16,290 nt of DNA. Origin: Candidatus Wukongarchaeum yapensis (GTDB lineage: Archaea; Asgardarchaeota; Wukongarchaeia; Wukongarchaeales; Wukongarchaeaceae). This document shows, piece after piece, positions 1 through 7,264 of this stretch. The position numbers were made by a program, and so were the translations under genes. The DNA lies in NCBI GenBank assembly GCA_016840425.1, contig JAEOSI010000025.1, forward strand, positions 1 through 16,290, in the 5' to 3' direction. The notes under the pieces were generated by a model. The model searched no databases. It was not told the origin of the DNA and saw nothing but the letters and a program-made list of their open reading frames with translations. Within the stretch, counting starts at the first letter, position 1. Every line of letters begins with the position of its first letter.

Positions 1-342
1 ACTTTTTGGAATAAATCCTTCCTCTGCCGCTATATTAGTAATCGCTTGAATAACATCTTCAGGCTTCGCGTTTTTTGCACACCTTTCTGAACACAAACCA
101 CAAGTAGCACAAAACCAAATCTTTTCATCTTTCAAAATCTCTTCCTTACCGCCTAATATCGCTTTTATAATGATTTTACGGGGATTAAAATCTTCATCAA
201 ATTTTCTAATTATACAACTCGCAGAACAAATACCACAACTCATACACTTAATAATCCCTATTCCTCCCGCCCTAGAAATAACTTCGTTAATAAAATCAAA
301 ATCTATGCGCTTTCCAGCAGCTGTATCTGAAGAAAAAGACAA
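1..342 (-). CDS. hdrC: Heterodisulfide reductase subunit C (2x[4Fe-4S]), 5' part; truncated at the window edge
   Basis: Manual translation (absent from the ORF track). TTG at 342, preceded by AGAAGGG, gives MSFSSDTAAGKRIDFDFINEVISRAGGIGIIKCMSCGICSASCIIRKFDEDFNPRKIIIKAILGGKEEILKDEKIWFCATCGLCSERCAKNAKPEDVIQAITNIAAEEGFIPKS... It has two ferredoxin-type Cys motifs plus the HdrC-typical FNPRKII and IWxCxTC segments. The frame is open up to 408, so an upstream TTG at 387 is an alternative start. Confidence 0.9.
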   Translation of the reverse strand, partial: MSFSSDTAAGKRIDFDFINEVISRAGGIGIIKCMSCGICSASCIIRKFDEDFNPRKIIIKAILGGKEEILKDEKIWFCATCGLCSERCAKNAKPEDVIQAITNIAAEEGFIPKS

Positions 343-446
343 AATATATTCCCTTCTAACTTCGCTTTTTCTTGTAAAAATAACCAAAAGTTCTAAAATA
401 TATGAGTTTTATCAATACTTTATTAAAAATAAAAATGGTTAATACC

Positions 447-467
447 TTTAAAAATTTATCCTTTTTC
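447..467 (-). promoter_or_regulatory. Possible BRE/TATA promoter for hdrC
   Basis: Minus strand GAAAAAGGATAAATTTTTAAA in the 194-nt AT-rich gap between gcvH and hdrC. AT-rich DNA yields such motifs easily. Confidence 0.3.
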
Positions 468-536
468 TATAAATTATAAAAATTAAAGCATAAAAGCATA
501 TTTTTTATAACTTAAAAATTAATAAAAAATCAAATT

Positions 537-977
537 TTAAAGATAACCTCTATCTTTATAATCTTGTATCTCATCCTGAATCCAGCTTCTAATAGCTTTT
601 CCCCCTTTGATAAGATCCGCTAAATCCTCTTCTAAATTAAAAGGTTCCACAACAAGAATCCAATGCTCATAACAAGACTCATTAATCAACCTAGGCTTTT
701 TCATAACTTCCTCATTAATTTCAACGATTCTCCCCGAAATAGGCGATTTCACAGGACCTACATATTTGCCCGATTCGATAGTACAAAAGGTTTTTCCCTT
801 CTTAATTTCCATACCGGCAGGATATGTATCAATATTTTGAATACGTCCCGTTAACTGCTGACCAAAGTCATCCAAGCCAAGAACTACTTTTTTAGGGTCT
901 AGAATTTTGACCCAGACATGATCAATCTGCTTGTAATAAAATTCCTCTGGCAAATCAAATATGTCAATTTTTACCAT
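537..977 (-). CDS. gcvH: Lipoyl-carrier protein, glycine cleavage H family (GcvH/LbpA-like)
   Basis: H-protein signatures: DHVWVK, LGLDDFGQQLTG, TIESGK71YVGPVKSPISGRIVEINE (lipoyl Lys71), PRLINESCY..W, plus a C-terminal helical extension. AGGTG RBS upstream of the ATG. Confidence 0.92.
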   Translation of the reverse strand: MVKIDIFDLPEEFYYKQIDHVWVKILDPKKVVLGLDDFGQQLTGRIQNIDTYPAGMEIKKGKTFCTIESGKYVGPVKSPISGRIVEINEEVMKKPRLINESCYEHWILVVEPFNLEEDLADLIKGGKAIRSWIQDEIQDYKDRGYL

Positions 978-1048
978 TGCATATCTACACCTTTTTTTAA
1001 AAATAATGAAAAGAAAGGATCAATAAATTTGTAACTATTGTAGGCAGA

Positions 1049-1297
1049 TTATGTTTTTCTTATAAAAACGTGCCAAAGTTCTATTTCGACGTCGACGATT
1101 TCGTATTCTAATTTTTTCAGTCGACAAAAGTTTGGTATGCTCTTTAAAACAGGATGACGCTCATCTGATATTACTTTAAGCACTTTGCCATCATCCATGG
1201 TTTTTAATGCTTTTTTTACTTCTAGCAAAGCATAAGGACAGTGAACTCCTCTAATAATCAGCTCTTTATCCGGTTTTTCATCCTTTAAACTTGCCAT
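1049..1297 (-). CDS. tusA: TusA/SirA-family sulfur carrier
   Basis: 82 aa. RGVHC20PYALLEVKKALKTM..GKVLKVISD and IPNFC58, matching the E. coli TusA CPEP...IPGFC layout. AGGTGGT RBS. Confidence 0.88.
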   Translation of the reverse strand: MASLKDEKPDKELIIRGVHCPYALLEVKKALKTMDDGKVLKVISDERHPVLKSIPNFCRLKKLEYEIVDVEIELWHVFIRKT

Positions 1298-1398
1298 AAA
1301 ACCACCTACTAAACATCCAAAAAAATGAAACCTTTTTTTGTTTATGATATACGATCTATTATTTTTTTAATAACGACGGATTTCTCCTTTATAAAAAA

Positions 1399-1686
1399 TT
1401 ATAGTTTTAGAATTTTAACTAACCACTCTTTCTCTCCCCGTTTAGTCACAACAAATTTCCACTTTTTTATTCGACACATATTAGGTATACTAGTTTCAGC
1501 CGTACTTTTGTTATCTGTCCTTAACTCTAAAATTTCTCCCACTTCAAGGGTCCTTAATGCTTTTTTTGTGTCGAGCAAAGCATAGGGGCAAACAAGTCCT
1601 TTCAAATCAAGGTGTTTTACTGGTTTACCGAAAAGTACGAAGGTTCCCTCTTCTTTTATTACCGAATCCGTCAATGGAAAACACAA
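1399..1686 (-). CDS. tusA: TusA/SirA-family sulfur carrier (second paralogue)
   Basis: LDLKGLVCPYALLDTKKALRTLEVGEILELRTDN...IPNMCR. The true start may be the TTG at 1674 rather than 1686. Confidence 0.9.
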   Translation of the reverse strand: MCFPLTDSVIKEEGTFVLFGKPVKHLDLKGLVCPYALLDTKKALRTLEVGEILELRTDNKSTAETSIPNMCRIKKWKFVVTKRGEKEWLVKILKL

Positions 1687-1725
1687 CCTTAAAAATCAAC
1701 GTTTTGAACTTTTATTTATTCTCAA

Positions 1726-1741
1726 ATATTAAACTTTTCTG
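1726..1741 (-). promoter_or_regulatory. Putative archaeal BRE-TATA promoter for the tusA-tusA-gcvH unit
   Basis: Minus strand CAGAAAAGTTTAATAT (purine-rich BRE followed by TTTAATA), about 40-50 nt upstream of the tusA start. Confidence 0.45.
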
Positions 1742-1802
1742 CGTTTTTATACCTCTTTCTGAACGGTTTTTACTTTTTTATATGGTGTACTCAAAACTCT
1801 AA

Positions 1803-2096
1803 TCAGGCAAAATTTACCACTTTATTTTCGACAATAAGGTCTATTAACTGCGGGTAATCTATCATTTCAACATCCTTGATTTTACCTTCCAACCCTCTTC
1901 TTCTAACATCTTCTTCTATCGCATATATTTTAACCCCTTTAACTTTTAATTCTCTCAAAGCATCTTCTTCTATCGTGTAATATACTCCATTCATTATGAG
2001 CACAATAGCGATGTTTTCATCCTTTTTTGCCTGCATTTTCGCTATTTCTAACCCATTTTCTCCATACGGCTTATTAATCAAATATAAAATCCCCAT
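1803..2096 (-). CDS. dsrH: DsrH/TusB sulfur-relay subunit
   Basis: ILYLINKP, VLIMNGVYY, IYAIEEDVRRRGL, IDYPQLIDLI: the DsrH/TusB pattern. Third gene of the E-F-H triad. Start is ATG 2096 or TTG 2102 (the latter overlaps the dsrF stop). Confidence 0.88.
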   Translation of the reverse strand: MGILYLINKPYGENGLEIAKMQAKKDENIAIVLIMNGVYYTIEEDALRELKVKGVKIYAIEEDVRRRGLEGKIKDVEMIDYPQLIDLIVENKVVNFA

Positions 2097-2098
2097 AG

Positions 2099-2473
2099 TC
2101 AAAAAGCTCCTACAGTAACATCAGCTTCACTTACAATACGAGCTATCTCTTCTCTACTTACAATTATCCACTTGTCCCCTACTTCATCTGCTTCTATTTT
2201 TCTCTCTTTTAACGACTCCTCTTCCACTAAAAGTTTTCCTGGAACTTCTAATCTGTTTAAAAAAGTATCTATGTATCTAAAAACTTCCTTTCTTTCCACG
2301 TTTTTCAAAACATTATAAACCCCCTCTCCTAAACATACAACGATAACCTCATGTTCATCTATGCCTGCTCCAAGCCCTACAGATGCTCGAAACCCTTCAG
2401 CATAATGAAGCGACCCTATAGGCGGCTTATTAAAAAAAACTACAACCTTCTTCGCTGGCATCTTGATCCACAT
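2099..2473 (-). CDS. dsrF: DsrF/TusC sulfur-relay subunit
   Basis: FFNKPPIGSLHYAEGFRASV, LGEGVYNVLK, LVEEESLKERKI: the DsrF/TusC pattern. Alternative start is ATG 2461. Confidence 0.88.
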   Translation of the reverse strand: MWIKMPAKKVVVFFNKPPIGSLHYAEGFRASVGLGAGIDEHEVIVVCLGEGVYNVLKNVERKEVFRYIDTFLNRLEVPGKLLVEEESLKERKIEADEVGDKWIIVSREEIARIVSEADVTVGAF

Positions 2474-2483
2474 TCCGCTATTT

Positions 2484-2843
2484 TTATCCCCAGAAGGTTA
2501 TTATTTTGTCTACAAGGCTAACTACATTTGCAAAATCCGCTAACCCCCCTACAGTAACCTCTTTTATATATCCTTTACCTTCCTCCAACCCCCTTAGATC
2601 AACACAAAGACCACAAGCTATAATTTCTGCCCCTTTTTCTATCAATCTTTTAAAGTCGTCTTTCGGCAATCTTTCCCATTCAGGAAATTCTTGCGCCTCC
2701 ATGGGCGAATATACTGCTTCATCATAGAGAAAAATTGTGACCTCATGTCCTTTATCAAGGGCAGCTTCTGTAATCTTTACCGCAGTATAATGGCTCTGAT
2801 TTTGAAACGGCGCTGCATTCAACATTATTCCTATTTTCACCAT
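2484..2843 (-). CDS. dsrE: DsrE/TusD sulfur-relay subunit (persulfide-forming)
   Basis: AAPFQ..SHYTAVKITEAALDKGHEVTIFLYDEAVY, AC77GLC80VDLRG, GGLADF. Cys77 sits at the position of the active Cys78 of TusD/DsrE. GAGGAG RBS at 2855-2860. Confidence 0.92.
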   Translation of the reverse strand: MVKIGIMLNAAPFQNQSHYTAVKITEAALDKGHEVTIFLYDEAVYSPMEAQEFPEWERLPKDDFKRLIEKGAEIIACGLCVDLRGLEEGKGYIKEVTVGGLADFANVVSLVDKIITFWG

Positions 2844-2865
2844 CTTTTTACAATCTCCTCTTTCT

Positions 2866-2880
2866 CATATAATTTTCTCG
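2866..2880 (-). promoter_or_regulatory. Possible BRE/TATA for dsrEFH in the divergent dsrE/ykgJ gap
   Basis: Minus strand CGAGAAAATTATATG, about 23 nt upstream of the dsrE ATG. Confidence 0.3.
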
Positions 2881-3032
2881 TTAATTCTTCACTAAACTTA
2901 AAACAATCAAAATATAAACATAACCCCATATAAAAACTAAATCAGGTTTATGCCTTTTTGAAACCTTACATATGTCAAAATCAGAGTTAACTTTTTTAAA
3001 GCAATAATAACCATGTTTAATCGGGGAGCTTG

Positions 3033-3502
3033 ATGAAACCCCGGCGTTTTAAATGTGAGCGTTGTGGAAAATGTTGTAAATTGCCCATATTTCTAACCCC
3101 TGAGGAAGCTTCGATCATAGGAGAATTTTTATTAAAAAATGATAAAATAAGATCCGTTGCCGCGAAAAATCTGAATACTACTGAAAAAAATCTTTTTTCT
3201 AAACTTTGGGGAGACCCAAAAATACCTGAAAAATTTGATTTTAAAATAAATAAACAGGCGAGTTTTGCCCGTTTTTAGGGGGTAAAAATCAACCCGTTAA
3301 AACTTGCCTTATTTATCTTGTTCGACCAGTTATTTGTATAAGTTATCCTGAAGATGGTCTATGTATTAACGGCATTAAAGGAACATCTTTCTGGAACGAA
3401 GAACCCAAAATTTATGACCAAATACGCCGCCATTTTTTTAATCTACTTGAAATGATTTTAAAAATTAAAAAGAAAAGAAAGCTTTTTACCTCTTCTTTCT
3501 AA
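3033..3502 (+). pseudogene. YkgJ-family (CxxCxxCC) Zn/Fe-chelating protein, split by a -1 frameshift at about 3252-3266
   Basis: Frame A (ATG 3033, GGGGAG RBS) encodes FKCERCGKCC and stops at TAG 3276-3278. The -1 frame is open from 3254 to TAA 3500-3502 and encodes TGEFCPFLGGKNQPVKTCLIYLVRPVICISYP..., the C-terminal motif of this family. The joined product is about 156 aa. Confidence 0.82.
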
Positions 3503-3541
3503 AGAAGAAAATCTTTTCAGTTGTCCTTTTCTATATTCTTT

Positions 3542-4291
3542 TTATTTTTTCATGAAGATAGCTATAGGCGCATTTGCTTTTTTCCATTTCGCCGCAACCC
3601 CCTTAAACCCTATTTTTAGCTCCTTTTTACCGTGATTGCCAACAATACAAAATATCGTTTTCGTTTTAACTTGATCATGGAAAAGTTTTATCCATGTGCT
3701 AGTTCTAGTTATAAGCTTTTTTAAAACTTCTTCAGGGGGTGCAAGCTTATATTCTTCATAAAGTTCATCAAAGTCTGAAAACTGTACCGAAATAAAATCA
3801 AACTTATTAAGGCGCTTTACTATTTCAGTATACGCTTCTGAGTCATTTTTTACATAAACTGCTTCTGCCCTCCCACAATAAGCATCTAGATCCCCCTTTC
3901 TTCCAATAGCTATCCCAGATAAACCCCTTGATCTCAAAAAATCGATCATGTTAAAGGCCCCTTCGGGTAACCCCCCGTGGAAAATATCATCAGTCATTAG
4001 TTTTGCATAAGGATTCTTTGTTTCAAAGAGGACAAAAACATCTAAAAGCTTAATAAGCTGTTTGCCTGCCCCCAAACCCCCAAAATACGTACACTCAAAA
4101 AGCCCCCAGTTATCAATTAAAATCAAAACAACTTGTTCACATTCAAAATATTTCTTAGGAAGTTTGATTTTTTTCAAGTTTAATGGTGGTTTTTCTCCCA
4201 ATATAGTGACTAATGTTGCAGGAATTTCTGTAGGACTCGCTTTTATGCTTGGAAATTCCTCCTCAACTTTTGAGCTCAATAAAAACACCAT
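3542..4291 (-). CDS. Alkaline-phosphatase/phosphodiesterase-superfamily fold protein with degenerate metal site
   Basis: VVLILIDNWG (first metal-ligand strand), FISVQFSDFDE, and IFCIVGNHG in place of the usual xTADHG. 249 aa. Confidence 0.6.
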   Translation of the reverse strand: MVFLLSSKVEEEFPSIKASPTEIPATLVTILGEKPPLNLKKIKLPKKYFECEQVVLILIDNWGLFECTYFGGLGAGKQLIKLLDVFVLFETKNPYAKLMTDDIFHGGLPEGAFNMIDFLRSRGLSGIAIGRKGDLDAYCGRAEAVYVKNDSEAYTEIVKRLNKFDFISVQFSDFDELYEEYKLAPPEEVLKKLITRTSTWIKLFHDQVKTKTIFCIVGNHGKKELKIGFKGVAAKWKKANAPIAIFMKK

Positions 4292-4561
4292 GATATCTTA
4301 TATCTTTTCTCTCTTTTATTTATGCTGGGTTTTCTCTCAATATAAATAAAACTTATACGCTTTGTTTATATTCATCAATTTTGCTTATATGCTCTTATCA
4401 ATTCCTATTTTCTCCATATTTCAAATATTTATACTTATTTTTTTTGTTAAAGTTTTAAAAAAGGTTTTTTATTTTTAGATAACGGTGTTAAATTAAATTA
4501 GATTAAAGAGAAAAACATTTGTAGAAGGGCTTTAAATTTTTATTTTTGGTAGTGGTTTTTC

Positions 4562-5620
4562 ATGAGCCTATCTGAAATCGTTACAGAACTAATATCTAAG
4601 GGGGAAGAGATCGCTGAAGAAGTTATAAAACAGATGAAAAAAGCCAAGGAAATAGTTCAAGAAATTAAAGGAAATGAACTACCATCCTCCAATAAAGACT
4701 TTTCTCTTAACGAATTAGAAGTTGGCGCTGTAGACGGGGGGATGGGTAAAGTAGAGTTAACCGCCACCACCATAATCCTAATAAAAAGTTTTGGGGGGAT
4801 TTTTAACCAAAATTCTACTCCTAAGTGGATAAAACGTGCCCACATTGAAGCTATAACATTATCAAGAAATATCGACAACTACGTCCGTCTTTTAAGGGAG
4901 ATTTTAGAGATAGAAACTGCTATAGAACTTGCCAAAAAAAACATAGATTACCTCCTTTTAGATGGCTCCCTTGCAACTTTAGCTGAAAGAGGAATACCTT
5001 GGGCTTTTTTAGCTCCACTTCAAAGAAAGGGCGAGATAGATTTAACTGAAAATAAAAAGAAGTTTATAATCCCTTATAAGAGATTTATTAAAAGTTTAGA
5101 CCGATTATTTAAAACGTGTGAATCAAGAAATACCCTTTTGATCGGCGTTTCTAAGGATTCCAGAGCAAAATACCTCAAAATAAATGATGAAATCCCTTCC
5201 TTCACCGATAGTGCTTTAGTGTCACTGGCCCTCAAAGATAAAACAGGTTTTATAGGTCCAATAAAAGTATCAATAAAAAGAGATCCTGGCATAACTGATC
5301 TTCTTAGAAATGAAAAAGTTCTTTTGAATCGCGACAAATTCTTCACCTTTTACGTGAAATTAAAACCCCACGCTAAACCCTTCAGATTCGACTTATTGCC
5401 TAATTCTGAACAACGAGCTGAAGATGCCCTGAAGCTCTTTCTTGCCCTTGAAGATGGACACGGATTCATACTTCCCCCTCACTTTGTCCATAATCAAGCG
5501 ACAGTTTCACAAGAAGAAATTTCCCTCGTAACAGAAAATATTAAACACCAAATCCTTGCAAAAGCTCCAATAGCATATAACTTATTGTTAAGCCCCCGAA
5601 GGAGAGATTTTTTTGGATAA
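4562..5620 (+). CDS. nurA: NurA 5'-3' nuclease
   Basis: VGAVDGG, LLLDGSL, LIGVSKDS, C-terminal HNQA. First gene of the operon and overlaps the herA start. Confidence 0.92.
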   Translation: MSLSEIVTELISKGEEIAEEVIKQMKKAKEIVQEIKGNELPSSNKDFSLNELEVGAVDGGMGKVELTATTIILIKSFGGIFNQNSTPKWIKRAHIEAITLSRNIDNYVRLLREILEIETAIELAKKNIDYLLLDGSLATLAERGIPWAFLAPLQRKGEIDLTENKKKFIIPYKRFIKSLDRLFKTCESRNTLLIGVSKDSRAKYLKINDEIPSFTDSALVSLALKDKTGFIGPIKVSIKRDPGITDLLRNEKVLLNRDKFFTFYVKLKPHAKPFRFDLLPNSEQRAEDALKLFLALEDGHGFILPPHFVHNQATVSQEEISLVTENIKHQILAKAPIAYNLLLSPRRRDFFG

Positions 5621-7220
5621 AGAAAACCATTTAGAAAAAGTGGGTGTAATAGTCGGCACTACAACGGTGGCAAAAATACTCATTAACGTTGACCGGAGTG
5701 CTATCCGACATAACCCCCTTCAACGAGGAGAATTCATCCTCTTACAATATCCTACAATCAAACAATCTGTTTTAGCCGTTATAACCGAATTAGGTCTATC
5801 AAACCTCCTAATCCCAGAAACATTAGTAAGAGACCCGCAAGACATGGAAAAAATAAAGCTCATTGGCGGTTTGGAAGAAGGAGAACAAATATTTGCTGAA
5901 GCAAAAATCATTGGTTACATGGGCGACAGTGGAAAAATAATCGCTCCTAGACATCCTCCTGTCCCAGGATCCTACGTCTATAAAGCATCAAAAGAAGTTC
6001 TTGAACCGCTTTTCACCCAAGATAACGGGATAAAAATTGGCACTCTTCTCGCTCATTCCGAAGTACCCGTATCCACAGACTTAGGCGAAATTGTGCGCCG
6101 GCATTTAGCAATTCTCGCGATCACTGGCGGAGGCAAAGGGAACACAGTTGCGATCCTTGCAAAAGGCATCCTATCTCTCGGTGGGTCTATGATCATTATT
6201 GACCCCCATGAAGAATATCCGCAAACTAGGAATGTTTTTGGTGATGAAAAAGTTTTAGTGTTTGCTTCTGAAGCTGATTCAATAAAGCGATACCGCCCTA
6301 TACGGTTTAAAATATCAAACCTTGATGCAGAAGAATTAGCAAGCTTATTTGAACTCCCTAGAGGCGCAACTAAACAATACTCTATCCTTAAAAGCGCAGT
6401 TAAAACCCTAAAAACTGCGGGAGGGAACTGGGATTTCAACGATCTAAAAAATGCGATAATTGAAATACAAGAAGGAAAAAAAGAGTTTTCAACATCTGCT
6501 GAAGGTCTCCTCGCTCGAATGGATAAAATAACAGATACTCTCATCTTCGACCCAGAAATTGAAACCCCCCTACATGATCCTGACAACCCTTGCCTTGTAA
6601 GACCTAACCAATTAACAATCGTTAATGTTTCAAGCTTATCCCTAGGAACCCAACAGTTAATCGTTCAACGCTTACTTAAAAGAATCTTTAGAGGAGGTAT
6701 CGCGTGGCGTAGAAGTTTTCTAGGGGAAAAAATCCCTGCCCCAGTTTTAATTGTAGTGGAAGAAGCACACAATTTTGCTCCAGCAAAAGGTGATGCTTAC
6801 TCCCTTTCGACTTTAAAGAAAATAGCGGCAGAAGGTAGAAAATTTGGTGTAGGATTGTGTATAGTAAGTCAAAGGCCTGGTAAAGTTCATCCTGATATTC
6901 TAAGCCAGTGTAACTCTATGATCATCCTGAAAATCGTTAATCCCTTCGATCAACAGAACCTTGAACAAAGCGCTGAAGCCCTAAGTAAAGACCTTTTTGA
7001 AAACTTGCCTGGTCTCAACGTTGGCGAAGCCGTTGTTATAGGCCCTGCAATTAAAATCCCAGCTGTTATTAAAATAGATAAGTTTGAAGGCAAACTTGGC
7101 GGGGATGACATCGACATTATTAACATGTGGAAAAAAGCTAACAAAGAAGAAGAAAAAAATCAAAGCAAAAAAACCGAAATCCCAAACTTTATGGCCGATG
7201 ATTCCGAACTTTTTGGTTAA
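5613..7220 (+). CDS. herA: HerA bipolar DNA helicase/translocase
   Basis: N-terminal HAS-barrel-like region, RHLAILAITGGGKGNT (Walker A), VVEEAHNFAP (Walker B), GRKFG arginine finger, SQRP. TTG start with AGGAGA RBS inside the nurA 3' end. Confidence 0.95.
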   Translation: MDKENHLEKVGVIVGTTTVAKILINVDRSAIRHNPLQRGEFILLQYPTIKQSVLAVITELGLSNLLIPETLVRDPQDMEKIKLIGGLEEGEQIFAEAKIIGYMGDSGKIIAPRHPPVPGSYVYKASKEVLEPLFTQDNGIKIGTLLAHSEVPVSTDLGEIVRRHLAILAITGGGKGNTVAILAKGILSLGGSMIIIDPHEEYPQTRNVFGDEKVLVFASEADSIKRYRPIRFKISNLDAEELASLFELPRGATKQYSILKSAVKTLKTAGGNWDFNDLKNAIIEIQEGKKEFSTSAEGLLARMDKITDTLIFDPEIETPLHDPDNPCLVRPNQLTIVNVSSLSLGTQQLIVQRLLKRIFRGGIAWRRSFLGEKIPAPVLIVVEEAHNFAPAKGDAYSLSTLKKIAAEGRKFGVGLCIVSQRPGKVHPDILSQCNSMIILKIVNPFDQQNLEQSAEALSKDLFENLPGLNVGEAVVIGPAIKIPAVIKIDKFEGKLGGDDIDIINMWKKANKEEEKNQSKKTEIPNFMADDSELFG

Positions 7221-7264
7221 AACGCCCTTACTTAATATCAAGTACCTGTTAAAGGTGTCATAGC

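Noticed and set aside
1085-1094. Perfect 10-bp palindrome TCGACGTCGA
   Set aside because: It is a single occurrence inside the tusA coding sequence (IVDVE), with no regulatory context.
1-3502. Possible selenocysteine (UGA) use in the Hdr/DsrE/TusA/YkgJ genes
   Set aside because: All motif cysteines are TGT/TGC and there are no in-frame TGA codons. The YkgJ break is a frameshift, not a readthrough.
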